Origin: Paraspadella gotoi
Lineage: Eukaryota; Animalia; Chaetognatha
DNA: 64,000 nucleotides
Reading direction: 5' to 3'
Assembly: GCA_051294375.1 (NCBI GenBank)
Contig: CM119269.1
Coordinates: 15,635,918 to 15,699,917 of the forward strand
Part shown: piece by piece, positions 12,941-25,235 of the stretch
How positions within the stretch are numbered: position 1 is the stretch's first letter
Layout of the letters: each line of letters begins with the position of its first letter
Made by a program: the position numbers and the translations under genes
Notes under the pieces: model-generated
The model's database searches: none
What the model saw: the letters and a program-made list of their open reading frames with translations, nothing else
Told to the model about the DNA's origin: nothing

Positions 12941-14429
12941 TTCTCCCTCGCCCTAGCGCAAAGAAAAGCCACTTAATATGATTTATTACGCAGGCGGACG
13001 GGAACAAGCCAAGAGAGAGAGAGAGGAAGCTGAGTGTAGAGAGGAAGCTAGTAGAGAAGAAGATAGAGAGGAAGCTGAGTGAAAGAGAGAAAGGAAAGGG
13101 AAAAGAGAGGAAGAAACGGAAAAAGAAATAAGGGACAATTAGGCAAGAGTTAAGTGAAGAAGGTAGGCGAGGAAAAATTAAAAAGGAGATACGAAAATTG
13201 AAGAAGAGAATTGAAGAAGAAAGAAGTAAGAAAAGAAGATATGAAAAGGAAGGAGAAAAAGAGAGAAGTAACCAGAAGTACATAAAAGAAAAGTAAAGAT
13301 AAAAAAAAAAGAAGAGTAGAAATGAAAAAAAAAGAAGACAGAAAAAAAAACGAAGGAAAGAAAGAAAATTAGAGCCAGAGAAGAGAGGCATTATTTCTAA
13401 GCGTTTCTATGGCCGAAGCCCGAGGCGTCTCCCACTCAATCATTAGTTAAAGGTCGCTTTAGCTCGACAAGTTTCTTTCATAAACAAAAAACAAATACTC
13501 TTCCGCCTATCGCCGATGTAAATAAACGTAGAAAATTGATAAAGTTGCTACATTTTTTCGATATTTTTGTTTATTATTTTGTTTGATATTATACATTCCG
13601 CCAATAATTTTCGCCCAACGGAAGAAGAGCGGATACGACATTTAGAACAGACAGTTTTTAAGTATCATCTGTTTATCTAACAATTATTACATTTTATTAA
13701 GCAAATTAATCTTTTTAATGTGATACCTTTTTCTTCGATTTTTTCATAAAATAATATTGATATCTGTTGACTCGAGTTGACATTGGTCATAATAAAGAAA
13801 ATTGTAAAACGCATTTGGCGGGAGCTGAACCCTTCATATTTGCGCAGCCTCTATTGACTCTCTGCCTCGTCGCATGGAAACGGTGCAAATGGTGGTTCGA
13901 CCAAGTACTAATTATCTGAGTCGTAAAAAGTGTAATTTTCCTTCAAATAGCGAAATAAAATGATTTTATCACTACTTTTTCTTGAGCAGATCTGTATACA
14001 GTCAGATCCGAAGTTCTGAAACTAGCAAATAACAGGCGGTAATTTGTCCTGTCCTGTGGCACTAAATGACGACGACGACGACGACGACGACGACTGAGGC
14101 TTCACCGGAATTCGGTGAAAGGATTCTTTGTGACTGAGGTTATCTCGAAGACCAATGTCAACTAGAGTCGCCAGATTTACAACTAATAAAAAATTATCTA
14201 TTCATTAAGTAAATGATCTATCTTGCCCCTGATTAAATAAATGAGAATTTGTATCATTAATAGGCTGTCGTAAATTCCTTCTTTCTCTCGTACTCAAATA
14301 AAATCGGTTTGATTTCGAATGACTGGCTCTGTGACTATGATCTTGCTCGACCTAATTTAACTTTACGGTCTGCACAAAAAAAAAAAAGATGAATTAATTT
14401 TCGATAATTCTATTAAAACAATTATTATA

Positions 14430-14638
14430 CAGGGACGTCCCACTTTTCGTAAGATATTAAAAAAAAATATGAGGACAATATGATAAAAAAACCACAAATT
14501 AAGACAATTACCGGACGATTTTTGAGTCAAATTGGTTATCAATCGAAAGAGAAAAGTGCCCAGTTTCCAGATATAGTCTTAAACCGCACTCGAGCTGTAA
14601 GTACTCAAACTTTTTTCGAAAAGAGCTGGACTTCCCTG
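14430..14638. mobile_element. Tc1/mariner-type MITE (~209 bp)
   Basis: TA|CAGGGACGTCCCACTTTTCG ... CGAAAAGAGCTGGACTTCCCTG|TA: imperfect TIRs with TA duplication. Confidence 0.7.
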
Positions 14639-14937
14639 TAAGAAATAAAGGGTTACTGGCCTTAATTATTTTCATCAAAATGGGTTAAATAAACATTCAA
14701 AACTACTATTCGCAAATGAACACTGAAATTAATTATCTTTAAATTTAATATTCGTACTAATGTGAAAACTAAGATTTTCATTCTGGATGCACGCGGCCAT
14801 TTTTTTTTTAAATAAGAAAATTTATCAAATAGTTTTATAAATTAGTTTTAACATCAAAATTTGATTAAATATATTTTTAAAAAAATCCAGAAAACTGTGG
14901 CCTCTTTAAAAGCGCGAAATTCGCTCCAATTATGCGA

Positions 14938-15392
14938 TCACTCAAGATCGTTGTGAGAATTTTCACGACTACCACGGCGACCCCGTTCACCACGATGGTG
15001 ACGGCGGTGGCCGTGATGACCTCCATGTCCGCCGTGATGACGACCATGTCCGCCATGATGACGACCATGTCCGCCGTGATGACGACCATGTCCGCCATGA
15101 TGCCATTTTCCAGCCTTCTCCTTTTTCATTTCCCTCCACTTCTTGATGGCCTCGGCGGAGTCTTCCATGTCGATCTCCGTCTGATGGTAGAGAGGATGCC
15201 AGGCCATTGGGTCGTTGACCTCGTTCGTTCTCAGCATCTCGCAATCGTCATCCTCGGGCGTTTGATCGAAGCGACAGACTGTGGTGCAATCGCTCTCTTT
15301 CTTCCAGAAGCAAATTCTCTTGGCGCAGTCGTCGCTGACCTCGTTGCTTTTTCCTCTTTTCTTTTTGAAGCAGACTTTTTCGCAATTGTCGC
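14938..15392 (-). CDS. Gene 1 last exon (type B repeat plus (HHGGHGR)n tail, stop TGA)
   Basis: Acceptor tttcccAG at 15393-15394. Closely similar to exon 4 (WHPLYHxTEIDMED). A 21-bp tandem repeat encodes HHGGHGR. Overlaps ORF 14938..15237. Confidence 0.9.
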
Positions 15393-18300
15393 CTGGGAAA
15401 CGAAAGTGGGGCGGAGGTGAGGTGGTGGGGGCAGAGGTGAGGTAGTGGGGCGGAGGTGAGGTGGTGGGGTAGAGGTGAGGTGATGGGGGTAGAGGTGAGA
15501 CTTCGAGGTGGTGGGGGTAGAGGTGAGACTTCGACCGAGAACTAAAATGATGGAGAAAAACAACACCGATTTCAAAAACAGTTTCCGTTGCGGATTAGGA
15601 TTTTCTCTAGAGAACGAATAAGAATTTTTTTTCATTTTCTGGTTTGCTTACGTGTACGTAATTTTTTAACAAATTTCTAATTTAAACCACATTTAAACCA
15701 CTTTACGGCTGCGCCCGAAAACGCTATCAAAAACTCTTACATTCTCTCTTACTACAGTATGATCTTTCTCGTTTGTAACATTTCTTGGGGAGATATCTCA
15801 GAATTAAATTAAATTGTGGCTCTTTTTGTAGCCCGCCGTCTAGCATTTTTGAATATTTCAATTTTTACATAATTCTAATATGTCTTGCATATTAACTTAT
15901 GACGCGATGTACAGTCTCGTAGAATAAACTATGCAGTTAAAAAAAAAATTTCATTATTGATTTTTTCATTTTTTACTGTTTCTTATCCTAGGTCATTACT
16001 CCGTGAATGTTATGTATAAAAATTAATGCAAAATCTTTTAATGCTCTCAAGGTACAGTTAAATACATAAATGCCGTCAGAATTCAAACTAAAAAGAAGAT
16101 TGGTTTATTCTATAATGTGTGAATAACATATCTCTTAAAAAAACATGCAGTCAGAATCTCCTCTGTTTAAGCTGTCATTTGATATCAAAAACTTTAAATA
16201 TTTGTCTGTCCATCTGTCTGTCTGTCCATCTTTTCTCTCGTACCTTTAAAGTCTTAATACTTATTTTTGGATAAATCAATTGAGTTGAAATTTTGTCCGT
16301 GATTAAAAAACTAGTTCATTGAGCTGGAATTCAAGTTTCAACGGAATCAGGCTAGTGGAAGTAGGTTTAATTAAAAAAAGTAAAGATCAATTTTAGTTTA
16401 TTAATTTAATTTATATTTTTATCGCTCTGCGTTTGCAATGATTTTGCTGTAGTTTCGCACATAAATGGCGTCGTATTTATACAGCTTCTCATCATCGAGG
16501 TCCTTGAAATTGGGTCAAATTAATTATTTGACTAATTAATTAAATAATTAACTTGAATAAATTAATTATTAATTAATTAAATAATTAATTAACCTGAATT
16601 AATTATTAATTAATTAATTATTAATTATTATTATTATATAATTATATTAATTATTAATTACCGAAAATGATTGTAGGCAGATCCAACTTGAAATACAAGA
16701 TGTATTAATTAATTAAATAACTAATCAGTTAATTAATCAATTAATTAATCAATAATTAATTAATCAGTCAATTATTTAATTTATTGTTCAATGAATAAAT
16801 TATTATCTATTAATTAATTATTTAATCAATCAATCAAGTCACATTCAATATCTTTCTTATCTGATGTCTCCTGGTTACAAAAAAAAATATTTGTGGAAGC
16901 CTCGAACGTGCAACCTTCGCATCTTAAACAACAATCTGAATTCTCTCTCTTACTTTTGCTTTGCCTCTTTAGCTCTCACTCTTTGCCTCACTCTCTTTCT
17001 GTTGCTTTTTCTTTGTTCTGCATCAATTTCATAACTTTTATGTCATAAACATGTCCAAATTCACCTTTCCATTTCTTTGTTAATATTGACAATAATTATC
17101 ATTTCTATAATTATAGTATTTGATACATTAAAAAATAATTCCTATCAATGTTATAAGGAGGAAGAAAACTTATTAATTTTTTTAATATAAAAACATTACA
17201 GTATTATTATTATTAAAGTAATGATTCATAAAAATTAATAGCAAATGATCACAATAACATAAAATAAAAAAAACTGTCCTCCATATCCCTCTTGAATACT
17301 TATGGAAACATAAAAGAATAAAATTAAAAATTAAAAAAAAACTTTTTCAGACCATGCTCACGAAGAATTATAATTTTGCATAAAAAATAAATAAATCAAA
17401 AAAATAAAAACATCAGATTGTGACAAAATCGATTGGGAAAAATCTGATTTTTTTAAAATGCAAAATTATTTCTCAAGTTCCTTATTTATAATTCTCTATG
17501 AGAAAAATGTTTTTTTCAAAAATTTAAATATTCAACTTTTTAATTAATTAAAATCATTTTAGTATACTAAACTTTAAAATATCTTTATAAAAATTTATAC
17601 CTAAAGTTCTAAGAAGATGCTTTTCCCAAAAATGTCTCTTAGATCTTTCTTAAAACGCCAAACAAGTCACAGCCACAAAATGAATACAAAAACTAGAAAA
17701 AAAGCAAAATTGTTTTGTCATTCTGATTTAGAGATATTTGGTTGATTGTTATGCCTTAAATTTCCTTTAAATGAAAAAATAATAGGTTTAAAAGATAGCT
17801 CTTGATCTCTAGTAGTAAATTGAGTTTGAATATAATTTTTTTTAATGAACAAGTTTAACCCAGATCAATTACAATAACGATGGTAAAAAATTTTGTCACT
17901 GTTTTAAGCTACTTTTAGCCTGATTTTTTACATATTTTGATTATTTTTGCGATCTTACTGATAAAAAACAGTCATGGTAAAAAGAGCCTATGTTCGTTCG
18001 AATATAAGGCATATGTTAGTAATCAGACAGAGTAAAAATTTTGGTCACAAGGTAAAAAATTTTGCATGAGAATAGCGTGAATAAGTTTTTCCACGAGACT
18101 GTGCACCGCGACTTATCGGCTTTAATGAAGTCTTAGAATTGGTCGATCATTACCTTTTATTGTTTGACAAAGTCACAATTAATTAAAACGTTGTTAAATT
18201 CACAAAGTATATTATGCAAAATGTAGCATTATGTCTGCTCTACAGAATTGTATAGATTTCATATTTGTTTAATGCTTAGGTGCTTGTAACTATTAGAAAT

Positions 18301-19347
18301 AATAAATAGATTTTTTTTATTTTTACTTTAAAAATTCAAAATCAATATCAAATTTAAAGAATTTTAATAAATGGGCAACACAAAATTTACTATTTTTATG
18401 CTTTAAATCTTGGTACAGGTTTTCTTTTAAGGTATTAAGACTAATGCTTAAATACTTTTTAATAATCTTGATTAATATTTTTTGGCTGTCAACGGTATTT
18501 TAAACTTTAATTAAATTGACTTTAATTTAATTTTAAAGAGGAGAAAACCTACTACATGTTCATTACCTAAAAATAATTTTTTCTCAAATTTTAAGTACTT
18601 TTTAATCATTAGAAAGAAAGTGGAAAATCAAATCGATTAATTTTGAAATGCGACCTCCTCTTAATAATCAATCACTAAATGAAGAAGACTCATTACAAAT
18701 ATTCTACATCATACATTATAGAAGACCTTCAAAACCGACTATTTAGAGTTTACGGTTTCAAAGATACGCTGTCACGAAATGTTACAAACGAAAAAAAAAA
18801 AAAAAATCATACTGTAGATCGTTAATCCCCTCCGGGCCTCCCCGCCTCCCCGCCTCCCTCATTTCCCGCTCACCTGATCCGACGCAAGCCTTGACAGCGC
18901 AACCATCTTCCTCCCAGTTCTCTCCATCCTCGCAGAACCGGATCCTGCAGGCCTCGTCCATTGGGGAGACTCCCTCCCCGCAGAGGGTGACGTTCCTCTG
19001 AAAGGCTCTCGCCTTCTCCCAATCTTTCCAATCCTTCCTCCACTTTCTCATCTTCTCCGTGACGGTGAGTTGAAACAAGGGATGCATCCTGACCCACCTG
19101 TTCTTCGGCTTGTCCTCCGATCTCAGCATCTCGCATCCGTCCTGCAACGGGTTCTGGTCGAACTTGCAGACCTTGACGCAGTTCTCGCTGTTGTGCCAGG
19201 TGCAGATCTTTTCGCAGTCCTCGCCATGGAAGCAGACGTGGCGGCAATCGCCGTCTGAAGGAAGGGGAAGGAAGATGAAAATAGGAAAAAATACAAATAC
19301 AAAATTGAAAAAGAAAATGTTTTCTTCTATCTATCTCTCTCTATCTA

Positions 19348-19381
<34 letters not shown>

Positions 19382-19561
19382 TCTCTATCTATCTATCTCT
19401 CTCTCTCTCTCTATCTATCTCTCTCTATCTATCTATCTCTATCTATCTATCTCTATCTATCTATCTCTCTCTATCTATCTATATATCTCTCTCTATCTAT
19501 CTATCTGTATATCTCTCTCTATATCTCTCTCTCTCTATCTCTCTCTCTCTCTCTCTCTCCC

Positions 19562-19604
<43 letters not shown>

Positions 19605-22573
19605 TGGTACCATTAATGTCTCATTCTACATATTACGTTGTTTTGTTTTTTTTACATTTTACGTTTACTGGCCGTCCACGTAACTTTTCGTTGTCTTTGG
19701 GGTTCGGAGTCAAAAAGTTCAAATGTTTTAAAGGAACATAACCAAATACGTACGATTTTAAATTTTGTTTTTACGTCCAACGTATGTTTTTAATGAAAAA
19801 CCCGATAAGTCGTTTAATCGCGAGCTTAGGTCCGTTGTTGTATCATTTATCATTTATCTCTGATAAAGATGTCACGCCTCGACTCTCTTTTTAAGGTCGT
19901 TTGGCCAATTCTAAGGTCTGTTTTTGGGTCCTTCATATTTTCTATAGGCCACTTAAACTTAAAACGTTGGCATAGAAAATATTAAAAGATTTTCTACAAT
20001 CTCTCACTCTATCACTTTCCTTCTTTCTCTCACTCTCTCTTATTTTCTAGTATCTTTCATAATTATTTTCTCCCAAATCTTCGCCAACAAACTGTACCGA
20101 TACAGGTGTTAAGTTATCATTAATTTTCCCTCATCTTCTGTAAAATTCCTCTCGAGATTAACGAAGAGACCCATCGACAACAAAAACCAAACCCCTTTCC
20201 TCCAAAACAAAGGATTCGATGTCAATCCACGAAGGCCCGATCGTCTTTCAACTCACCCTCTTTCATGCACGCCCTCTCCACGCATTTCTCGACCTCCCAC
20301 GTCTCTCCCTCCTCGCAAAATCGCGCCGTGCAATTTTGTTCTTCCGGCGAAACTCCTACGGGACATTCCGGCAGCCGGATCTCGGCCGTTTTGGTCCAGC
20401 CCCATTTGCCGCCTCGTCCGCCGCGCCCGCCGCTTCCGCCGCTTCCGCCGCTTCCGCCGCTTCCGCCACGGCTTTTAAGCCACTTCTTGCGCTTTCCCTC
20501 CCATTTCTCCTTCTTCGCCCGGCGATGCTCCGACCACTTCTTGGTTGCCTCGTCGGCGTCTTCCATGTCGATCTCGGTCATGTGGTACAAGGGATGCCAG
20601 GATCCCCAGTCGGGGACTTCGTCGGAGCGGAGCATCTCGCAGTCGTCGTCTTCGGGCGTCTCGTCGAAGCGGCAGACTTTGGTGCAGCCGTCGTCTTGGT
20701 CGCGTTTGTAGCAGAGCCTCTTGCAGTCCTCGCCCTTGAAGCAGACCCGTTCGCAGTTCTCGCCTTTGGATGGGATTTTTTGGTATATTTTTAAAATTAT
20801 TTTAAGTATATTTTTGGTAATAAATTATTATTTTTCTTTGTAGAAACATCAACTTTTTCACGTTAACTTTAAACACTTGTACTGGTCGTATGTTATTCTT
20901 CTATATTTAATCAAATGTGTCTTAAATTTTTTTTAAATTTAATAATTTTTTTGGTAAAAATAACAAATTTTGAAAATATAAAAAAATTAAACATTACATA
21001 AAAATATTTGAGAAGAAATCTCGAGGATATTAGGTTGATAAACAACAAAAAGAATAGTTGTAATTGAATGAATAACTCGATAACCAAACGATAAATCAGT
21101 CAGACCTCACAGCATTTTATATTTTTTTGTAGACATTGTTGTGATTCTTTCTTTTTCGCTGTGTTTGTGTTTAAGGAATAACAGATTTTTAATGTGTAAC
21201 AACGAATTTTTATTTCATAGGGACATGTTTCGACTCTGTGGTTGAGAGTCTTCATCAGCATTTGATTTTTTTGTATTAACTAACTATTTTTTTAGCTATT
21301 TTAGTTTCAGCAAAACTATTTTGATTTCAAATTTGACCTTTAAGCAACAACAAACCCTTTACCGTCTTTCATGCAAGCCTTGGTCGCACATCCGTCTTCA
21401 TCCCAGGTTTCCTCCGCCTCGCAAAACCTGACCCTGCAATGCTCCTCCATGGGCGAGACTCCCGCCTCGCAAAGGGTCATGTTGCGTTGAAAGGCCCTGG
21501 CCTTTCTCCACTTTTCCTTTATTGCTTTCCACTTCCTCATCTTCTCGGTGATGACGAGCCGATGGATGGGATGCCACGACCAGCACTTCCTTCGCGGTTC
21601 CTCCTTCGTCCTCCACATCTCGCAATCGTCATCCTCGGGGTTTTGGTCGAAGCGACAGATTTTGGTGCAGTCGTCGTCTTCTTTCCATTTGCAAATCTTG
21701 GTGCAATCTTCGTCTTCTTCTTCTTCTCCCTCGACGCAAATGCGTTCGCAATTTTCGCCTGGAAATTTAAAAAAAAAAAACGTCGATGAGGTCAGATTTT
21801 TAAATTAGAAAACATAAAAAAGGTAGGGCAGAGAGGATATTGATAGAATCAAAAAAGTGCCATCTCTGTAACCAATAAAATCTTGAAGCACACGCCTACG
21901 ACAGTTACGGTGATTGGTCAGCATAATCCGATCTAAGCAGTTTTTTTTCTAAATTCTAAATTTGATATCTTTTATAATGAGATTTTTTTAGTAGTTTTGA
22001 TATCTATTGATGTCTATTTGATGTAAATTTGTAAAAATGTCAGTCACAAATCACAAAGCAATACAATACATTTTTCATGTATAAAAATATTTAATTTTTA
22101 TTTCAATATAAGTTATATTTTAATACAATATAATGTTCTAACGGATGCCTAAATTACCTCCATCGAAGCAGGCCTCTTTGACGCATTTGTCTTCTTCCCA
22201 ATTTTCGTCCTCTTCACAAAATCTGACTTTGCAGACTTTCGCCGTCGGCGTCACGCCCTTCTCACATTCCTCCACGCCGGTGGTCGCGTTTTTCCAATGC
22301 TCCTTCCACTTGCTGTGTCTTCCGTGATGGTGGCTGGTGAAAGGTCATGGTGATAAGTAGGTTTTAAACCGAGAAGTTGTGCTTTAGATTAGGAATCGAG
22401 AAAGAAAATATAATATAAAAAATATAAAAAATGTTCTAGGATATAATAAGGATTTTGATAATTGTTTAACTTTTTAAAATTCAATTCTGAAAAAAAAAAA
22501 TATTAAAAAATAAGTGTCACCTTGCCGCCAAACAAAAGAGCGCCAGCAAAACCGTCGCTCGGTACAGCGCCAT
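14938..22573 (-). CDS. Spliced gene (6 coding exons, 1968 nt, ~655 aa) for a secreted Cys-rich tandem-module protein with a His/Gly-rich tail; family not recognised
   Basis: Exons 22573-22521, 22333-22158, 21758-21363, 20763-20257, 19254-18874 and 15392-14938 all have GT-AG borders and join in frame (phases 2,1,1,1,1) from ATG to TGA. The exons are GC-rich islands in AT-rich DNA, prefer G/C at third codon positions and are mutually homologous. Confidence 0.9.
15404..15535. repeat. G-rich minisatellite (GAGGTGAGGTGGTGGGGGTA-like) beside the last acceptor of gene 1
   Basis: About six imperfect ~20-bp units visible directly. Confidence 0.8.
15912..18101. mobile_element. Degenerate non-autonomous Tc1-like element filling most of the last intron of gene 1, with a nested HINE fragment (~16200-16380)
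   Basis: TA|CAGTCTCGTAGAATAAACT ... AAGTTTTTCCACGAGACTG|TG imperfect TIRs. No transposase ORF inside. Confidence 0.45.
18874..19254 (-). CDS. Gene 1 coding exon 5 (type A repeat, 381 nt, phase 1-1)
   Basis: Acceptor ccttccttcAG, donor CAG|GTGAGC. Closely similar to exon 3 (TEKMRKW, KARAFQRNxTLCxxGVSPM). Overlaps ORF 18782..19147. Confidence 0.9.
19328..19600. repeat. Compound (CTAT)n/(CT)n microsatellite in an intron of gene 1; (GA/CT)n tracts occur throughout, e.g. 6806-6885, 29198-29460, 33743-33840, 36935-37030
   Basis: Directly visible. Confidence 0.95.
20257..20763 (-). CDS. Gene 1 coding exon 4 (type B repeat, 507 nt, phase 1-1) with a GGS/GGR linker
   Basis: Acceptor cccatccaaAG, donor G|GTGAGT. 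GENCERVC...CRFDETPEDDDCEMLRSDEV...WHPLYHMTEIDMED...(GGS)n...ACMKE. Overlaps ORF 20222..20635. Confidence 0.9.
21219..21262 (-). ncRNA. Minimal type I hammerhead ribozyme motif (Penelope pLTR type), stem I weakened
   Basis: Minus strand reads TG-CTGATGA-A-GACTC-TCAACCACA-GAGTC-GAAAC-AT-GTC-CC, then TATGAAATAAAAATTCGTTGTTA as in the 56.6 kb copy. Confidence 0.65.
21363..21758 (-). CDS. Gene 1 coding exon 3 (type A repeat, 396 nt, phase 1-1)
   Basis: Acceptor tttccAG, donor G|GTAAAG. GENCERIC...CTKIC...CTKICRFDQNPEDDDCEM...WHPIH...ARAFQRNMTLCEAGVSP...ACMKDG. Overlaps ORF 21340..21618. Confidence 0.9.
22158..22333 (-). CDS. Gene 1 coding exon 2: SHHHGRHSKWKEHW...ECEKGVTPTAKVCKVRFCEEDENWEEDKCVKEACFDG
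   Basis: Acceptor ctttcaccAG, donor GAG|GTAATT. Encodes the 5-Cys half-module also found at the ends of exons 3-5. Confidence 0.88.
22521..22573 (-). CDS. Gene 1 coding exon 1: signal peptide MALYRATVLLALFCLAA(S)
   Basis: ATG at 22573 in gagATGg context. Basic residue then hydrophobic core and small-residue cleavage region. Donor AG|GTGACA; upstream acceptor ttctttccAG at 22607-22608. Confidence 0.85.
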
Positions 22574-22807
22574 CTCGAAAAGGATTTGCGCTCCGAAGCG
22601 GGCAGACTGGAAAGAAACAATATTAGTGTTTATAAAAAATTATGAACAATTTTAAAATAAATTTAAAAAGTTAATATATTTCACCATATATAAAATTTAA
22701 TTATATACTTTACATAAATTATATTCTATTCTATTATATAATTGTTCTAATTATTAATTGAAATTGGTACAACCAATATAAAAATTATCCATTCATTTAA
22801 TGAATAA

Positions 22808-22839
<32 letters not shown>

Positions 22840-22991
22840 TAATATAATAAATAAATATTTTTCACTCGTCAAGAATAAAATATATATATATATGTATAAC
22901 TCCAATTAAGCCTTTATTAACAAATTTTAATTAATTAATCTATGTTGACCTATCATTAATTAAAATTTCACAGTAAATAATGTTCACTTAC

Positions 22992-23100
22992 CAAGCGTTT
23001 ATTGCAGTGAAATTTTTAAAAAGTTATATGTTGAAGAAGCTAACCGTTATATTATTTTTGCGCGATATCCGCAGATTGATGGTGCAAACCTTTTTATAAC
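22992..23100 (-). promoter_or_regulatory. Putative TATA box and non-coding first exon of gene 1
   Basis: On the minus strand, TATAAAAAGG lies at ~23098-23089. About 100 nt downstream is a consensus donor TTG|GTAAGT (22992/22991) that could splice to the acceptor at 22607. Inference only. Confidence 0.5.
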
Positions 23101-25174
23101 TTTTGGCCAAAGCACTAGCGGAGAACTTTACGATACGTATTATACGAAATAAATGGTTAGTACTTTTTGATGTTTAATATACATCTGAGATATAGGTATT
23201 TATTTGACTATTTAAAGTTCTTATAAATATTATCACCAAGATTCATAATATATTTTAATAGTTAACTATCGCTTTCCGATATACTTTTTCGTCCGTTGTC
23301 ACTGGCCCTTCAGTGGCTCTATACGTATTTGGCTATCTCATGTTCTATGTTATATAATATACAGGGATTTTCTAATTAGTCAGGACTAAAGTTTTCGTTT
23401 ATTTAAACATGGATTCAATTCAAATTTAAACAGTAAATTAGTAGTAAATTACATACATAGTTTTATACATACAAAGTATATAATTAATACTATAATACTA
23501 TACTATACATTATACAATACTATAATTTGGGTAATTAAATTTTTTTTATATTCCTATACACTATATGTCGATAACAATATCACAGAAAAGTTTTCCCTGT
23601 AGGAAATCGTATATTTACTAAAAATCATGATTTGAATCCAAGCAGCGAATCTAAGGTCACATCAGACCACATAAAAAACGGATGTTGTCCTTTGTTCTCG
23701 CCACAAAACCCACACGTACGTCCCGATTGTGGTCACGGGTTTAGGTTCATTGTTAACCTTTGCATGTACAACCCAGAAGAATCGTAAGCAGGGAAAGAAA
23801 CACGGCCCTAATCTACAACCAATTCGTTCTAAAAAGGATCTTTATCTAAATTTTAATTAAAAAATCTCTTTTTAAATACATATTAGAAGAGTTTGAAATT
23901 AATTTTCAACAACGGTTTATTTTATTAATAACGGAATATAACTCTTCTAATTGTTACACAACGAAACGAAAGGATTATACCACAATGTCTAATAAATACA
24001 TATTAAAGAATTTTATCCAGTATTTAATCAATCATTGGGCAATTGGTCATTTGTATTCATTTAATTGCGCAAGAAACCGGTCCGAGCACAGTTACACCAT
24101 TAATGTTTGCTTTTCTCGTTCTTCTTGAAAAATTATTTTTATCTATTCCTAATAATGACATAGAATTAATTTTTAAATCTGCTAATAAAATAGAAGAAAA
24201 TTTATTTTACCTAAAAGACCCGACCAAAAAGCGGAAAAAAAATCCCTTTATTTTGCGGAAAATCCTATATTGCTGAAACAGTAAGATTATGGTCATTATG
24301 GTCCATAATGGTTACAATTACATTACAAAAATTTAACATAATAAATAACACAATCACAGACTCAGTTTAACTTTAACTAATCAACCTTTTAAAATTTATG
24401 GTAAAAGATATGTAACTTGAACTCAATGCCTCGGATCTTTTGTTTTGCCAAAAAATTTGAGCATGAGGTTACATTCACTTTAGAGGTCTGCACTTGTTCG
24501 ATAAATATATTTTTGTGATTGAAGAAAACAAAAGGTCACAACGTTTTTAACTTGTCCCGTAGTTTACCAAGCATACTTAGTACTTATATTACTAATTTCG
24601 TATCCTTCTATTGTAAAATTGATCCCTAAGCTCAACTTCCCAACTGTGTTTTTCTTGTTTCATATTATAGATCAACGTTTAATATACTTATTTTTCCTTT
24701 TTGAGTTGGGGGATTTCTTTTTTCCTCATTTCTTCTTCCCTGCTTTTTTTTTTCCTTTTTCAAAAGATAGACGTACATGTATGAGTGACTATAAAAGTTT
24801 TATTCCTATGCTTACAAAGAAGGTATGCCGTGAATGGTAGAAACACCTTTATGTGGTATTGTAAATTAAATTTTGGAAAGTAAAACCTTCGAAAAGTAAA
24901 CAAAAACATATTCGATCACAGAAAACATTGTTTTTTTATGAGGCAGGTTTTAACCAGTGCATTCAAATCGTTATCTTGCTCAGAAGGTGCAACCTGTGTC
25001 ACTATGAAAACCGTTTTGCGTTTCCGAATTACCATGACGACGCGACCTCGAGAATCATCGAATAACGACGCCGCATCAAAACCGCAATGGAATCCGAGGT
25101 TGAGGAACCCAGAGGGATTTTCTTAAGAATCCAACGCAAAACGACAATGAATCAAGCGGAAGAAGACCTTGCCA

Positions 25175-25235
<61 letters not shown>

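Noticed and set aside
16515-16830. TAATTAAT-rich quasi-palindromic tract
   Set aside because: Low-complexity AT repeat whose self-complementarity is trivial.
14932-21808. Plus-strand and alternative-frame ORFs overlapping gene 1 exons (14932, 19070, 20219, 20265, 21439, 21548)
   Set aside because: Shadow ORFs produced by the GC3-biased minus-strand coding exons.
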